A DNA stretch of 23,774 nt, from contig JBHHXT010000061.1 in NCBI GenBank assembly GCA_046757165.1, positions 1-23,774 on the forward strand. Direction: 5' to 3'. This document shows, piece after piece, positions 6,612-15,733 of the stretch. This stretch comes from a bacterium. GTDB taxonomy: Bacteria; Zhuqueibacterota; Zhuqueibacteria; Oceanimicrobiales; Oceanimicrobiaceae. The notes under the pieces are model-generated. The model was not told the DNA's origin and made no database searches. It saw nothing but the letters and a program-made list of their open reading frames with translations. The position numbers and the translations under genes were made by a program. The first letter of the stretch is position 1, and each line of letters opens with the position of its first letter.

Positions 6612-9197
6612 TCAGGTTCTGTCCCCTTCCAAACGATAGAGTGCATTGAAAATCAATTTGAACGTTCCGAACGTCTGACCCCGGTGGTGTGGCCGGAAGG
6701 CGTAGAGAATGGCGACCCCCTTTCCTACCGGTATTTCTGCCAGCGCGAGTTTATTGAGCAACCGACTTTCACCCACGGCCCAACCGCTCTGCAACAGGTG
6801 GCGGTTGCCGAAAAAACCCGTCTCCCGAATTTCCTGGTTGTATATTTTTGCGGTCAACACGACCGGTCTGTTTTTGTAGATCGAGATTCTGGGGAGCAGC
6901 CCGTACGTCAAAGGAGAGGTCAAATCCAGGTGGAGTTCAAACAAACTACCGGGCGCAAAGTAGTCCTTCCGTTCCACGCCCTTCAAGGTGTTGGTCGCCG
7001 GCAGATTGAGCTTCTCAATGGCAAAATTGCACGCCTCGCCCATGAAGAGCACTTTGCCGCCAGCCTGGAGAAACTTCAGAATCCGCTCCACACCGATTTT
7101 GCCGATGCCCCCTCTGAATTCTTTCCTGACCCGGGGCTCACCAAAGGTCGGCTCGCCAGCCTTTTCGGATTTGCCAGTCAGAATCCAGTTCGTATCCTGG
7201 CTCCCGAAGATCAGAACATCGAAATTGTTCTCGAGCCTGGTTCTGGTCTTGAAATCTTCATTGTGCAGGATGGTGTATTCGAAACCGAACTTGTCAAATA
7301 CCAACCTGAGCCACCCTTCATCGTACGCCCATGGAATCCAGGGCTGGTAGATGGCAACACGTGCCGGGCGGACCTTTTTCAGGCTTGCTTTTGGCGGTTT
7401 CGCGATCGGCATAAGAGGGACTTCGAACTGGCCAGCGGCCTCCTGGACGGCTCTGCTTTTGCCCGGCACTAGCTGAACCAGGAAGGCCCCTTTTCGCAAA
7501 TCGTCGTCCGTGGGCTCGAGCTGATAAATATCCACCCCCCGGTCCATAAGATGGTTGGCGAGGATGTAGCTGTGATTGAGCCGGCGTTCAATCATGACCC
7601 AACCGGAGTCTGGCTGGCTGCTGGCTATCTGGAGTCGAGGCTCGGTAAAGTGCTTCATCTCGACTTCAAATGGCCTCTGCACGGCCACGGCTTTGACGCC
7701 AAACTGCAAGGGCAGCGTCCAGGCAGTCACATCGTAGGGCTGGCGCGGTGGGCCGCCGGGATACTCCAGCAAGTTCGGGTACTGCTGTATCTCGAACAGG
7801 TCTTTGACATACGCCCGCGCCGGCTGCGCCAGCGGCACAATATAGGCGCCTTCGTGGAAGGTGCCGTCGCTGGTGGAGAAATCGGCATCGGCGCGGTAGA
7901 TATCCACATTCGCAAACCGCAGCCGGCGCAGCATCTCGATGGCGTTGTTCGGGTCATGCTGCACCGCCGGAACGACATAAGCAAACGGCCCACCGCGCTG
8001 CCCGGCCGCAATCGCTTCTTTGTTGAGACGATAAAAGTTCCGTTTGTATTTTTCTTTGTAGGTAGCTGCGAGGTCCAACATGGAATAGGTGGCCGCCTTC
8101 TCGAATTCGATGATGTCGCGCAGCCGCCACCACCCGCCAAGCCACGGGTCCAGGAAGTTGGTTTGTTGCGAATATTCCGGCAGGTCGATACCCATACCCC
8201 GCAGGCTCGTTTTTGGGAAAAAAATCGGCGTCGCAATTCGCACGCTGGCCGCCTCGGTCAAAATGCCGATGCGGTTGTGCCACAGTGGCGTCTTGGACAT
8301 GGTGCCCTCGAAAAACGCATTGAAAATCGTGCCCGTCACAACCCCTTGGAACCCCTGATCGTGCAAATCTGAAACAACGTGTTTGCCCAGGGTATTCACG
8401 TGAGCCATGAGCGAGGGCGGCACATTCGGATTCACGGGGTCCGAATACGGCGGCAAGAACAAGCGCGCTCCCCGCGAGCCCATCTGGTGCTGGTCCAGCA
8501 CGATCTCCGGATGCCAGTCATGATAGAGCACTTTGGCAACATGCTGGCTCTCGACAAGATTGAAAAAAAACCAGTCGCGGTTGTTATCGTGGTCCGCGTA
8601 GTGGTGGTATTTCATCGGCATGCGGCTGCCCTCATGCTCGGTGCCCACGTCTTTCAAATACCACTTCGTCACCATGTCCTGGCCATCCGGGTTCAGCGAC
8701 GGCACCAGCAAAACGATGACGTTATTTCGTATTTTCTCGATTTGCGTATCAGATGACGTGGCCAGCTCGTAGGCCAGCTCCACCGACTCCTGGCTGGCGG
8801 CAATTTCGGTGGCGTGGATGTTCAGGGTGATCAAAAAAACAACCTTCCCCTCCTGGATCAAAGTTTCCGCGATGCTCTCTTTCAGGGTATAAGGTCGTGC
8901 CAACTGCTGCTGGATGTCTTGGTGCTTTTCGAGATTCTGCATGGTTTCCTCGGCACTGATGATGGCCATGATCATGGGTCGGTCGAGCGTCGTTCTGCCC
9001 AACTCGAGCACTTGCGTACGCGATGAAGTCTTACCGAGCATGCTGAAGTAAGAAACGATTTGGCCCCAATTTATCAGCCTTCTGTCTGCGCCCATCTGAA
9101 AACCAAAGGTGGCTTCCGGGGATGGAATCGGTTGGGCCACCAGAGTCGCGTTTAGAAATAGCACACTTGCAATGACCACCAGAACCTTCTGTTTCAT
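6612..9197 (-). CDS. Secreted M14-family zinc carboxypeptidase-like protein with a C-terminal class I GATase-like domain
   Basis: Signal peptide (MKQKVLVVIASVLFLNATLVA|Q), IHATE (HxxE), NPDG, DNNRDW, DQHQMG, PYDVTAWTLP, DEGW.R.VFD. Confidence 0.88.
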   Translation of the reverse strand: MKQKVLVVIASVLFLNATLVAQPIPSPEATFGFQMGADRRLINWGQIVSYFSMLGKTSSRTQVLELGRTTLDRPMIMAIISAEETMQNLEKHQDIQQQLARPYTLKESIAETLIQEGKVVFLITLNIHATEIAASQESVELAYELATSSDTQIEKIRNNVIVLLVPSLNPDGQDMVTKWYLKDVGTEHEGSRMPMKYHHYADHDNNRDWFFFNLVESQHVAKVLYHDWHPEIVLDQHQMGSRGARLFLPPYSDPVNPNVPPSLMAHVNTLGKHVVSDLHDQGFQGVVTGTIFNAFFEGTMSKTPLWHNRIGILTEAASVRIATPIFFPKTSLRGMGIDLPEYSQQTNFLDPWLGGWWRLRDIIEFEKAATYSMLDLAATYKEKYKRNFYRLNKEAIAAGQRGGPFAYVVPAVQHDPNNAIEMLRRLRFANVDIYRADADFSTSDGTFHEGAYIVPLAQPARAYVKDLFEIQQYPNLLEYPGGPPRQPYDVTAWTLPLQFGVKAVAVQRPFEVEMKHFTEPRLQIASSQPDSGWVMIERRLNHSYILANHLMDRGVDIYQLEPTDDDLRKGAFLVQLVPGKSRAVQEAAGQFEVPLMPIAKPPKASLKKVRPARVAIYQPWIPWAYDEGWLRLVFDKFGFEYTILHNEDFKTRTRLENNFDVLIFGSQDTNWILTGKSEKAGEPTFGEPRVRKEFRGGIGKIGVERILKFLQAGGKVLFMGEACNFAIEKLNLPATNTLKGVERKDYFAPGSLFELHLDLTSPLTYGLLPRISIYKNRPVVLTAKIYNQEIRETGFFGNRHLLQSGWAVGESRLLNKLALAEIPVGKGVAILYAFRPHHRGQTFGTFKLIFNALYRLEGDRT

Positions 9198-9351
9198 AGC
9201 GTTCCTCAGTTTTGAGTTCTAAGAGACACTTGCGTGGGATGCATAAAGCATGATTTCATTTGAAGTTAACCCATTTCTCCAGGAATTGCAAGAGAATTTT
9301 CGGTATTCAGCTTTGACGCTGTAAGTTCCCTAAAGATAGCACGCCATCCAA

Positions 9352-9384
9352 AACCTTGCGAAGGTTTCGAACCTTCGCAAGGTT
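9352..9384. repeat. Perfect 15-bp inverted repeat, REP-like palindrome
   Basis: aaccttgcgaaggtt-tcg-aaccttcgcaaggtt. Each arm is itself a 6-bp hairpin (aacctt-nnn-aaggtt). Confidence 0.85.
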
Positions 9385-9542
9385 ACCCTGTCATTTCCAG
9401 GAAAACTCTGCCTGTCTGACAAGTTCATGAAAGATGCAGGCAAGAAGTAATATTTTCTTGGAATTTTTTGTGCAGAATCCTTAACTTTCTCCAAGTTAGT
9501 TCGCATGCTCAAATCTCTGACCGTACAAAAGGAGGCCAAACC

Positions 9543-9836
9543 ATGCACAAGAGAAACTTTTTGCTACTTTCGCTTTCGAGCATTTGCTGCCTGTTTGTCA
9601 CACACGCACCTGCCTTCGCGGATCCAATCGATGACATTCTTCGTATCTGGCAAGAAACCATCTGGCTCTGGGGCAAGCGTATTTTCTGGTTCTTTGGTGT
9701 GGCATCGGCGATCACGATCGCCGCCTCTCCGGCCAATCGCAAGAAGGCGCTCTACGTTTTGGGAGGGGTCATCTTATTTTATCTTTCTCCCCTTTTGATC
9801 GATTTTATTCAGCAGGCGGCTGGCCGACCATTCTAA
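9543..9836 (+). CDS. T4SS pilin-like protein, copy 1 (VirB2/TrbC/TraE-like)
   Basis: GGAGG RBS; 26-aa signal ending AFA|D; 71-aa mature region with two hydrophobic helices split by a basic NRKK loop. Lies upstream of virB3/virB4. Confidence 0.8.
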   Translation: MHKRNFLLLSLSSICCLFVTHAPAFADPIDDILRIWQETIWLWGKRIFWFFGVASAITIAASPANRKKALYVLGGVILFYLSPLLIDFIQQAAGRPF

Positions 9837-10697
9837 GCATTTCGACAGATCGGACGATATGTCGCAATTAATGGCGAGCCTGCGGCAAGTATCGGTCAAA
9901 CATTGTGAAAATAATCAACTGAACCGTTAAGAATCTTTAACAGTTGCCGCAGTGCCAAACGATAGTTAACGGCGGACACCATCGAGCAAGCCCCGACTGT
10001 CTCGAGGTCAGCAATGGTCGAGATATTATTCTGGAAAAAGCTTTTTTTAGTTTTCAGGTAGATAGACAAGACAAGATCTTTCATAAATGACAAAAACGGA
10101 CGCCCCGATTGAGGAAATTGGGAATATTCACAAAAGCCCGAACAGCCCGGAACCAGACAGGATCCCGGGTCGCAGGAGCGAATCGCAAAAAATAGCGAAA
10201 ATTTTTGTTGCTTTTCATGGGAGCTTTTTGTTATTTTAGGAGTAGAACTAATTATAAATTGGGGAATTGCAGCGGTTTCACCTGGACAAGGAGGGGGAGG
10301 CATTCCTAACCACCAGGTTAAATCACCATCATGCCTTTCAACACGGCCTCACCCAATTTGTCGCTCATGCAAGTGTGCACCCGCAAGCTGCACCCGACCT
10401 GCAGTCAAGAATGGCGAAGCACGTTGGTTGTCGGCACGGCATTGAAAGGCGCCTTGATGAAGATGACGAATCAAAAAATCGAACACGCTCAGCACTGGAT
10501 GGAATCTTACTGCATTTCTCCCCCACGTTCTGATACGGGGCTTTGTCGCCAAAAAGCCGTCGCGAAAAATAACCAAAACGCCTGTCGTGCGGGTAACCTC
10601 ATATACGCAACTCTATCGCCTTTTGAAAGTAAGAACGACTTCGCGTGGGAGATTTTCGCGATATACGCTATCGAACGACAAGATTAGGGAGGCACGT

Positions 10698-10991
10698 ATG
10701 TACAAAAGAAAACTATGGTTGCTCACGCTCGTCAGCGCATATTTCCTATTCTTATCGTACTCCTGGGCCTTCGCAGACCCAATTGATGACATACTTCGTA
10801 TCTGGCAAGAAACCATCTGGACATGGGGAAAACGGATTTTCTGGTTCTTTGGGGTTGGCGCGGCCATTGTCATCGCGGCTTCACCGGACAATCGCAAAAA
10901 GGCGCTCTATGTGTTAGGAGGTGTCATACTGTTCTATCTTTCTCCTTTGCTCATCGATTTCATCCAACAGGCGGCCGGCCGGCCTTTCTAG
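10698..10991 (+). CDS. T4SS pilin-like protein, copy 2 (VirB2/TrbC/TraE-like)
   Basis: GGAGG RBS and ATG 10698. Mature region is 66/71 identical to copy 1. Directly precedes the virB3-like gene. Confidence 0.82.
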   Translation: MYKRKLWLLTLVSAYFLFLSYSWAFADPIDDILRIWQETIWTWGKRIFWFFGVGAAIVIAASPDNRKKALYVLGGVILFYLSPLLIDFIQQAAGRPF

Positions 10992-11064
10992 GGATTGTCC
11001 CTGGTCACGGGTCAGCGACAAAATGACCTGACCGGGTGAGTGGGAACTAATTTCGATAGATGTA

Positions 11065-11343
11065 ATGGAAACACCGATCGAGCAAACGCTATCCAAGCCG
11101 ACTCTGCAGTTCGGCCTGCGTCCGGTGGACTATCTGGTCCTGGTCCTCGTGGCGACGCTGGGCAGCTTTTTTCTTTCCAAGCTCTGGCTAATTCTCATTA
11201 TCCTCGTCCTCTTTCTTGTTTTTCGCTATGTCAACAAGAGCAAGCGTCGTTATTTCTGGTCCTCCATCTACATCTGGTTGATCACAAACACACACCTGCA
11301 CATCAAGCAAACCCGAAAACTACCCCCTTTGCTTAACCAATAA
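11065..11343 (+). CDS. VirB3/TraF-like small membrane protein
   Basis: 92 aa; L.KP...FGL motif followed by a hydrophobic hairpin. Canonical position between the pilin and VirB4. Confidence 0.75.
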   Translation: METPIEQTLSKPTLQFGLRPVDYLVLVLVATLGSFFLSKLWLILIILVLFLVFRYVNKSKRRYFWSSIYIWLITNTHLHIKQTRKLPPLLNQ

Positions 11344-11353
11344 GGAACAAAGG

Positions 11354-13819
11354 ATGTTTTTTAGCAAGCAAAGCAGTCTGACTGACAATTTTCATTCTCA
11401 TGGCATCTTGGAGTTCAACGGCAAAGGCTATCACGTGCGCAAAGACGGTGCGATCTCCATCGTCTGGAAGGTGGATGCAGGCAATGCGTTACGATTCACC
11501 GAGCCGGATTTTCAAGGGTACACGGCGCAGATGACCAAAACCATCAACCTGCTCCCCCCCTATACGCAAATAGATTTCCTGTACGACAAGTATGAAACGC
11601 ATTGGGACGCACACCTCAAATCAGATCTGACCACCAATCGCCCGGAAATTGTCAAGTTGATGGAAATTCGCCGGCGTGAGATTGGCGTGCGAGCTGCCTA
11701 CACCCTCGATGTCTATCTTATCGTGACCTTCAATCATCTCATCCAGTACAAAGCGCCGATGCGGCAGGACTTCTTTCTCTTCAACCGCAACAAGTTCGCG
11801 CAGTTGACGAGGGGAAAGTTCGAGCAGGATGGCCGGCACATCGAAAATACCGCCGCTCTGATTGAAAATGAGCTGCGCTGTTTCAGCTTTAGCCGTTTGA
11901 GTGGAAATGACATTACCGACTTGCTGAAATCCTATTACAACCTGACCCACCAGCCGGCAGAGCTGAACGTCCGCAGAGAGCAGTTCAACGGGGACCTGCT
12001 CTACAAGAACTTCTCATCGAAATATGATGACCTGGTTATTGGTCTCGACCACATGCTGGTCGCATCCATGATCGAGCTGCCGGACAAAGCCGTCAATCCG
12101 ATTGAAGTTGACAAACGGTTTCTGAGGAGTCCGCTGGAGTGTTTCCTCAGCCTGCCTTTCCGACTCCGTCTCGCGGTGCGAATGGAGAAGATGCCACACG
12201 ACAAGGCGCGGACGTATATCACCCTCAACAAGCTCATCAACAAACCCCGCTTCAACAATCTGGCCAGCATGAAGATGATCGAGCTGGACGGCGATGAAAA
12301 CGGGCAGGTCTATCCGGGCATCTCCAATCTCATCGAGTTTGAAAAAGATTTTCTGGCCGACATCTCTCTCACCTTGATGACCTGGCATCCCGACAAGGTG
12401 CGGCTGGCCGAGCGGCAGGAGCGCATCATCTCGGCTTTTACGCGATTCTTCAATTCCAGGGGAATGATCGAGTATGGACAGGACGCCCTGAACGCCTTCC
12501 TGTCCTGTGCGCCCGGGAATTATCCCTACCGCCGAATCACCGTCCGCGGGGCGCATCTTGGCCACTTCGTCAACCTGAGCGACCACTACAAAGGGATGAA
12601 CAGTGGCGTGCCTTTGATCAACACCAACGACGCGCCCGTCTACTATGACCTCTTCTCCACCGAGAACGCCAACTACAACTCGCTCATCGTCGGGCCCTCG
12701 GGCAAGGGCAAGAGTTTTTTTTGCAACTCTTTGATTTTTAACTACATCGCCCAGGGCGTGCAAGTGATCGCCCTGGACTTGAGTGGCAGCTACAAGCCTT
12801 TGGCCGATGTTCTGCGTTCAGATTACATTCAGATCGACAGGCGCAAGCCAAACTATCTCGACCCGTTTCACTATTTCAACCCACTGAGCCATCAACATGA
12901 CTCCCCCGAATATCTCGAGACGCTGACTTACTTGCAGTCTTTTCTCAATTTGATGGTCAAAGAGGAGTCAGACACCAAATACATGAGCAAGGACAAGAAG
13001 GCGGTGATTTATGATGCCCTGGAAAAATTCTTGCAGGCACGGCACGGCGGCGCCATAAACATCCATACCTTCTGGAATTTTCTCCGAGAAAATGGGGACA
13101 ACATTTTTGAGGACGACACGACATTTTACAGATATGTGGTCAAGACGCTCAGCTATTACCTGGAGAAATCCGCCCTCAAAATATATTTTGATCCCGGCAA
13201 CCAGAATCATCTGAGCATAAGCCGAGACAAGCCGGTCGACTTGATCGCGTTTGACCTGAAAGGAATCGAGAAGGAAATCGAGCTCATGCCGCTGTACTCC
13301 AACCTATTGAGCATGCTGGTCATGAACGCGTTGCATCGAGACTTCAAGAGATTTCTGTTTATCCTGGATGAGAGCTGGAAGGCCCTGGAGAGCTCGGAAA
13401 TCATCTATGGACTGGTGCGGGAAACCGGCAGAACGTCGCGCAAGCACTTTGGCTCTGTTGCAGCGCTGACGCAGAACATCAAAGACTTGCAACAGGGAGA
13501 CCTGGGAGCCTCTGTGCTCACAAACAGCTACAGCAAATTTCTCCTGCCGCATTCCGGCGAGGATGTCGAGACGGCGATCCAGGTCCTGGACATGACGCGG
13601 GCTGAGCAGCGGGCTTTTCGTAATCTCAAGGAACACGAGATTCTCCTTTCTCGTGAAGGGGAGCCCATCATATTCCGGATTCCGTTTTCCAAACAGGATT
13701 ACTGGATCTGGACCACCCGACCCGATGAAGTACACAAACGCAACCAACAAATGCGCTACGACAAGAATGTCATCAGTGCAATCTCCGCTCTTGCCGAAAC
13801 CAACCCCACACAGGAATGA
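11354..13819 (+). CDS. virB4: VirB4-family T4SS ATPase (Bacteroidota TraG-like)
   Basis: 821 aa; NYNSLIVGPSGKGKSFF.N (Walker A), D.SGSY..L, FDLKGI, FILDESWK (Walker B), RKHFG....TQ...DL. Confidence 0.93.
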   Translation: MFFSKQSSLTDNFHSHGILEFNGKGYHVRKDGAISIVWKVDAGNALRFTEPDFQGYTAQMTKTINLLPPYTQIDFLYDKYETHWDAHLKSDLTTNRPEIVKLMEIRRREIGVRAAYTLDVYLIVTFNHLIQYKAPMRQDFFLFNRNKFAQLTRGKFEQDGRHIENTAALIENELRCFSFSRLSGNDITDLLKSYYNLTHQPAELNVRREQFNGDLLYKNFSSKYDDLVIGLDHMLVASMIELPDKAVNPIEVDKRFLRSPLECFLSLPFRLRLAVRMEKMPHDKARTYITLNKLINKPRFNNLASMKMIELDGDENGQVYPGISNLIEFEKDFLADISLTLMTWHPDKVRLAERQERIISAFTRFFNSRGMIEYGQDALNAFLSCAPGNYPYRRITVRGAHLGHFVNLSDHYKGMNSGVPLINTNDAPVYYDLFSTENANYNSLIVGPSGKGKSFFCNSLIFNYIAQGVQVIALDLSGSYKPLADVLRSDYIQIDRRKPNYLDPFHYFNPLSHQHDSPEYLETLTYLQSFLNLMVKEESDTKYMSKDKKAVIYDALEKFLQARHGGAINIHTFWNFLRENGDNIFEDDTTFYRYVVKTLSYYLEKSALKIYFDPGNQNHLSISRDKPVDLIAFDLKGIEKEIELMPLYSNLLSMLVMNALHRDFKRFLFILDESWKALESSEIIYGLVRETGRTSRKHFGSVAALTQNIKDLQQGDLGASVLTNSYSKFLLPHSGEDVETAIQVLDMTRAEQRAFRNLKEHEILLSREGEPIIFRIPFSKQDYWIWTTRPDEVHKRNQQMRYDKNVISAISALAETNPTQE

Positions 13820-13823
13820 AATC

Positions 13824-14711
13824 ATGAGAACAAAAGCGGCTCTACTGTTCTGGATCGTTCTCCTGGCAACCATCGTCCCGCCTGCTCGCGGGCAGTTTTT
13901 CAATCCATCGGACGCGGCAGTGATCGCCAAACTGGGTGAAATCCTCCGCACGCACCGCCAGCATCTGGTGGAGGCGATCAGAACAGCACGCGGGATGGAG
14001 CGCACATTTCAGACCTTACAACATCTCGATGAATACGAGAAGAGCTTACGCCGGGACATCGGCTTCATTTCAGGCCTCGACTTGACCCGCCTCGACGACC
14101 TCGAACGGCTTATTCTTTTCGGCGACCAAACAGATTTTTACTTTCGCAGCCTCACCGGCAAAATCAATAGCGAGATGTACAACCTGAGCCAGATGAAGCG
14201 ATATGGGGACGGCTTCCTGGAATCGATGGACGGTCTCGGCATGGTCGATGCCGACTTGATCAGAGCCATCTACGCCAATGACAAGACGCTGGAAGAGTTT
14301 GGCATCACGCCCGAGGAGGCGGCGGCCCTGATGCAGCAGCTCTCGGTTGAATCCACCCTGCTCGATTTGTACCAGGTCAAGGGCACCGAGAACCTCATCA
14401 AGGCCTTGACTGAGCAGGGCGAACACCTGAAGCGCGTGGCCCGAGACTCGAGCGTCAAGCTCGACCAGGGGCAAAGAGTCATGCTGCTAACAAAGAGCGA
14501 GCAGAGCTACATTGAAGCCCTGAAATACCAGCAGCAGCTTGCTGAGAAGCTGAAGGAAAGAAATGCCAATATTTCACGCAGACTTCTTCTGAAGGGCGAG
14601 ATGGAAGCTGAGATAAGAGAGCTGGAGAAGTTCTATCAGTGGCATGCCTCTCTGGAGCGAAATTTGGGTTTCTTTGATACCGAATATATCAAGCGCCAAA
14701 ATATCAAGTAG
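13824..14711 (+). CDS. Secreted helical/coiled-coil T4SS component (VirB5/TraI/TrbJ-like)
   Basis: Signal peptide ending ARG|QFFNPSD; helical Q/E/L-rich body; lies between VirB4 and TraJ. The family is inferred mainly from position. Confidence 0.6.
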   Translation: MRTKAALLFWIVLLATIVPPARGQFFNPSDAAVIAKLGEILRTHRQHLVEAIRTARGMERTFQTLQHLDEYEKSLRRDIGFISGLDLTRLDDLERLILFGDQTDFYFRSLTGKINSEMYNLSQMKRYGDGFLESMDGLGMVDADLIRAIYANDKTLEEFGITPEEAAALMQQLSVESTLLDLYQVKGTENLIKALTEQGEHLKRVARDSSVKLDQGQRVMLLTKSEQSYIEALKYQQQLAEKLKERNANISRRLLLKGEMEAEIRELEKFYQWHASLERNLGFFDTEYIKRQNIK

Positions 14712-14724
14712 GGGGAGAGCAAAA

Positions 14725-15648
14725 ATGTTCCAGCAGATTCAAGGAATCTACACGCAAAGCAACGAGGTCCTGTCGTCCATTGTCGACCTCGCATGGAAGA
14801 TCTTGCCTGTTGTGGCACTTGTGATGCTCCTGGCTTATGTCTTCGATGCCCTGAAGAACAACCGCGGCAATTACACCGAGTTTCTGTTCAGGATCGGAGT
14901 TGCCGTCCTCGCCCTCGCCAGCTACAAATGGTGGAGTGTTGAAATCGCGACCCTGATTATCGAAATCGCAAAACTGTTCAAAAGCGACGGCGTCTCGGAT
15001 TACTATAGCGTGGTCATCGAGCTGTTCAAGAACCATGCGGGCAACGAGGCGGCCTGGTATGACGTGGGCATCCAGTTCCGTGGGTTTTTCTACTACTCCT
15101 TGCTGTGGATAAGCGTTGCTCTCGTCACTCTGGCGACGGTGTTTTTTGAAATGCTGCAATTCTGGGCGCAAGCCTTTCTCTGGATACTGGGTCCCCTGGC
15201 CATCGTCTTGACGCTCTTTCCCAACTTTCGCGGCGCATTTCTGAGCTGGCTGAACCGCTATATCGCTGTCAGCTTCTGGTCGGTCATCTACATGGTCGCC
15301 ACCAGAATCTTCAACGGCTTGATCGGAGAGACCTTTTCCGACCTGTGGGTGGGAAACAAGACAGGCATTGACCTGTCCGGCCAGGGCTTTCTGATTATGA
15401 AGCTGGTCATTTTCAGCGTCGCCTTCTTCTTCGTGATTATCCGCATCCCTGCCATGACGGGCTGGCTGACCCAGCAGAGCTTTGCGAGCGTCAGCACCGT
15501 CATCGGCACCGGAGCGGCCCTGGGGGCAAATAAATTGATGGCGGTCGGCAGAACCGTTCGATCGACAGTCGGCAAATTCGGCAAAGCACGCCTGCAGCAA
15601 ATGGGCAGCGCCATTTCCAACAAGATCTCTGGAGGGGTGGGTCCATGA
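14725..15648 (+). CDS. traJ: VirB6-like polytopic membrane protein (Bacteroidota TraJ-like)
   Basis: Multiple TM segments. ILGPLAIVLTLFPNFRGAFLSWLNRYIAVSFW and IP..TGWL match my recollection of the CTn TraJ signature (ILGP.AF....F......W..RYI.V..W). Confidence 0.8.
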   Translation: MFQQIQGIYTQSNEVLSSIVDLAWKILPVVALVMLLAYVFDALKNNRGNYTEFLFRIGVAVLALASYKWWSVEIATLIIEIAKLFKSDGVSDYYSVVIELFKNHAGNEAAWYDVGIQFRGFFYYSLLWISVALVTLATVFFEMLQFWAQAFLWILGPLAIVLTLFPNFRGAFLSWLNRYIAVSFWSVIYMVATRIFNGLIGETFSDLWVGNKTGIDLSGQGFLIMKLVIFSVAFFFVIIRIPAMTGWLTQQSFASVSTVIGTGAALGANKLMAVGRTVRSTVGKFGKARLQQMGSAISNKISGGVGP

Positions 15649-15662
15649 GTCGCGTTGACTCG

Positions 15663-15723
15663 AGCCGGACGAGCCGCGCAAGAAACGCGGGATTTAGCAA
15701 CGTTTTCTTGCCATAAAATTACA
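15663..15723 (+). repeat. Family B-related element inside the T4SS operon
   Basis: agccggacgagccg matches 553-566 at 13/14; ttgccataaaattaca matches 622-637 at 13/16. Internal hairpin gcaagaaacg...cgttttcttgc. Confidence 0.55.
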
Positions 15724-15733
15724 TGAGGACAAG

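Noticed and set aside
10431..10447. Sigma-54-like GGCACG upstream of pilin 2
   Set aside because: The -12 element is TTGAA with wrong spacing; there is no GC at the required position.
9896..10687. ORFs 9896-10303(-), 10267-10533(+) and 10331-10687(+) between the pilins
   Set aside because: Atypical composition, mutual overlaps and no family motifs; not reported as CDS.
9543..10991. Diversity-generating retroelement template/variable repeat pair
   Set aside because: Differences between the copies are mostly synonymous and not adenine-specific, and no reverse transcriptase is present.
10996..11035. Intrinsic terminator after pilin 2
   Set aside because: Imperfect alternative hairpins exist but there is no U-tract; too weak to call.
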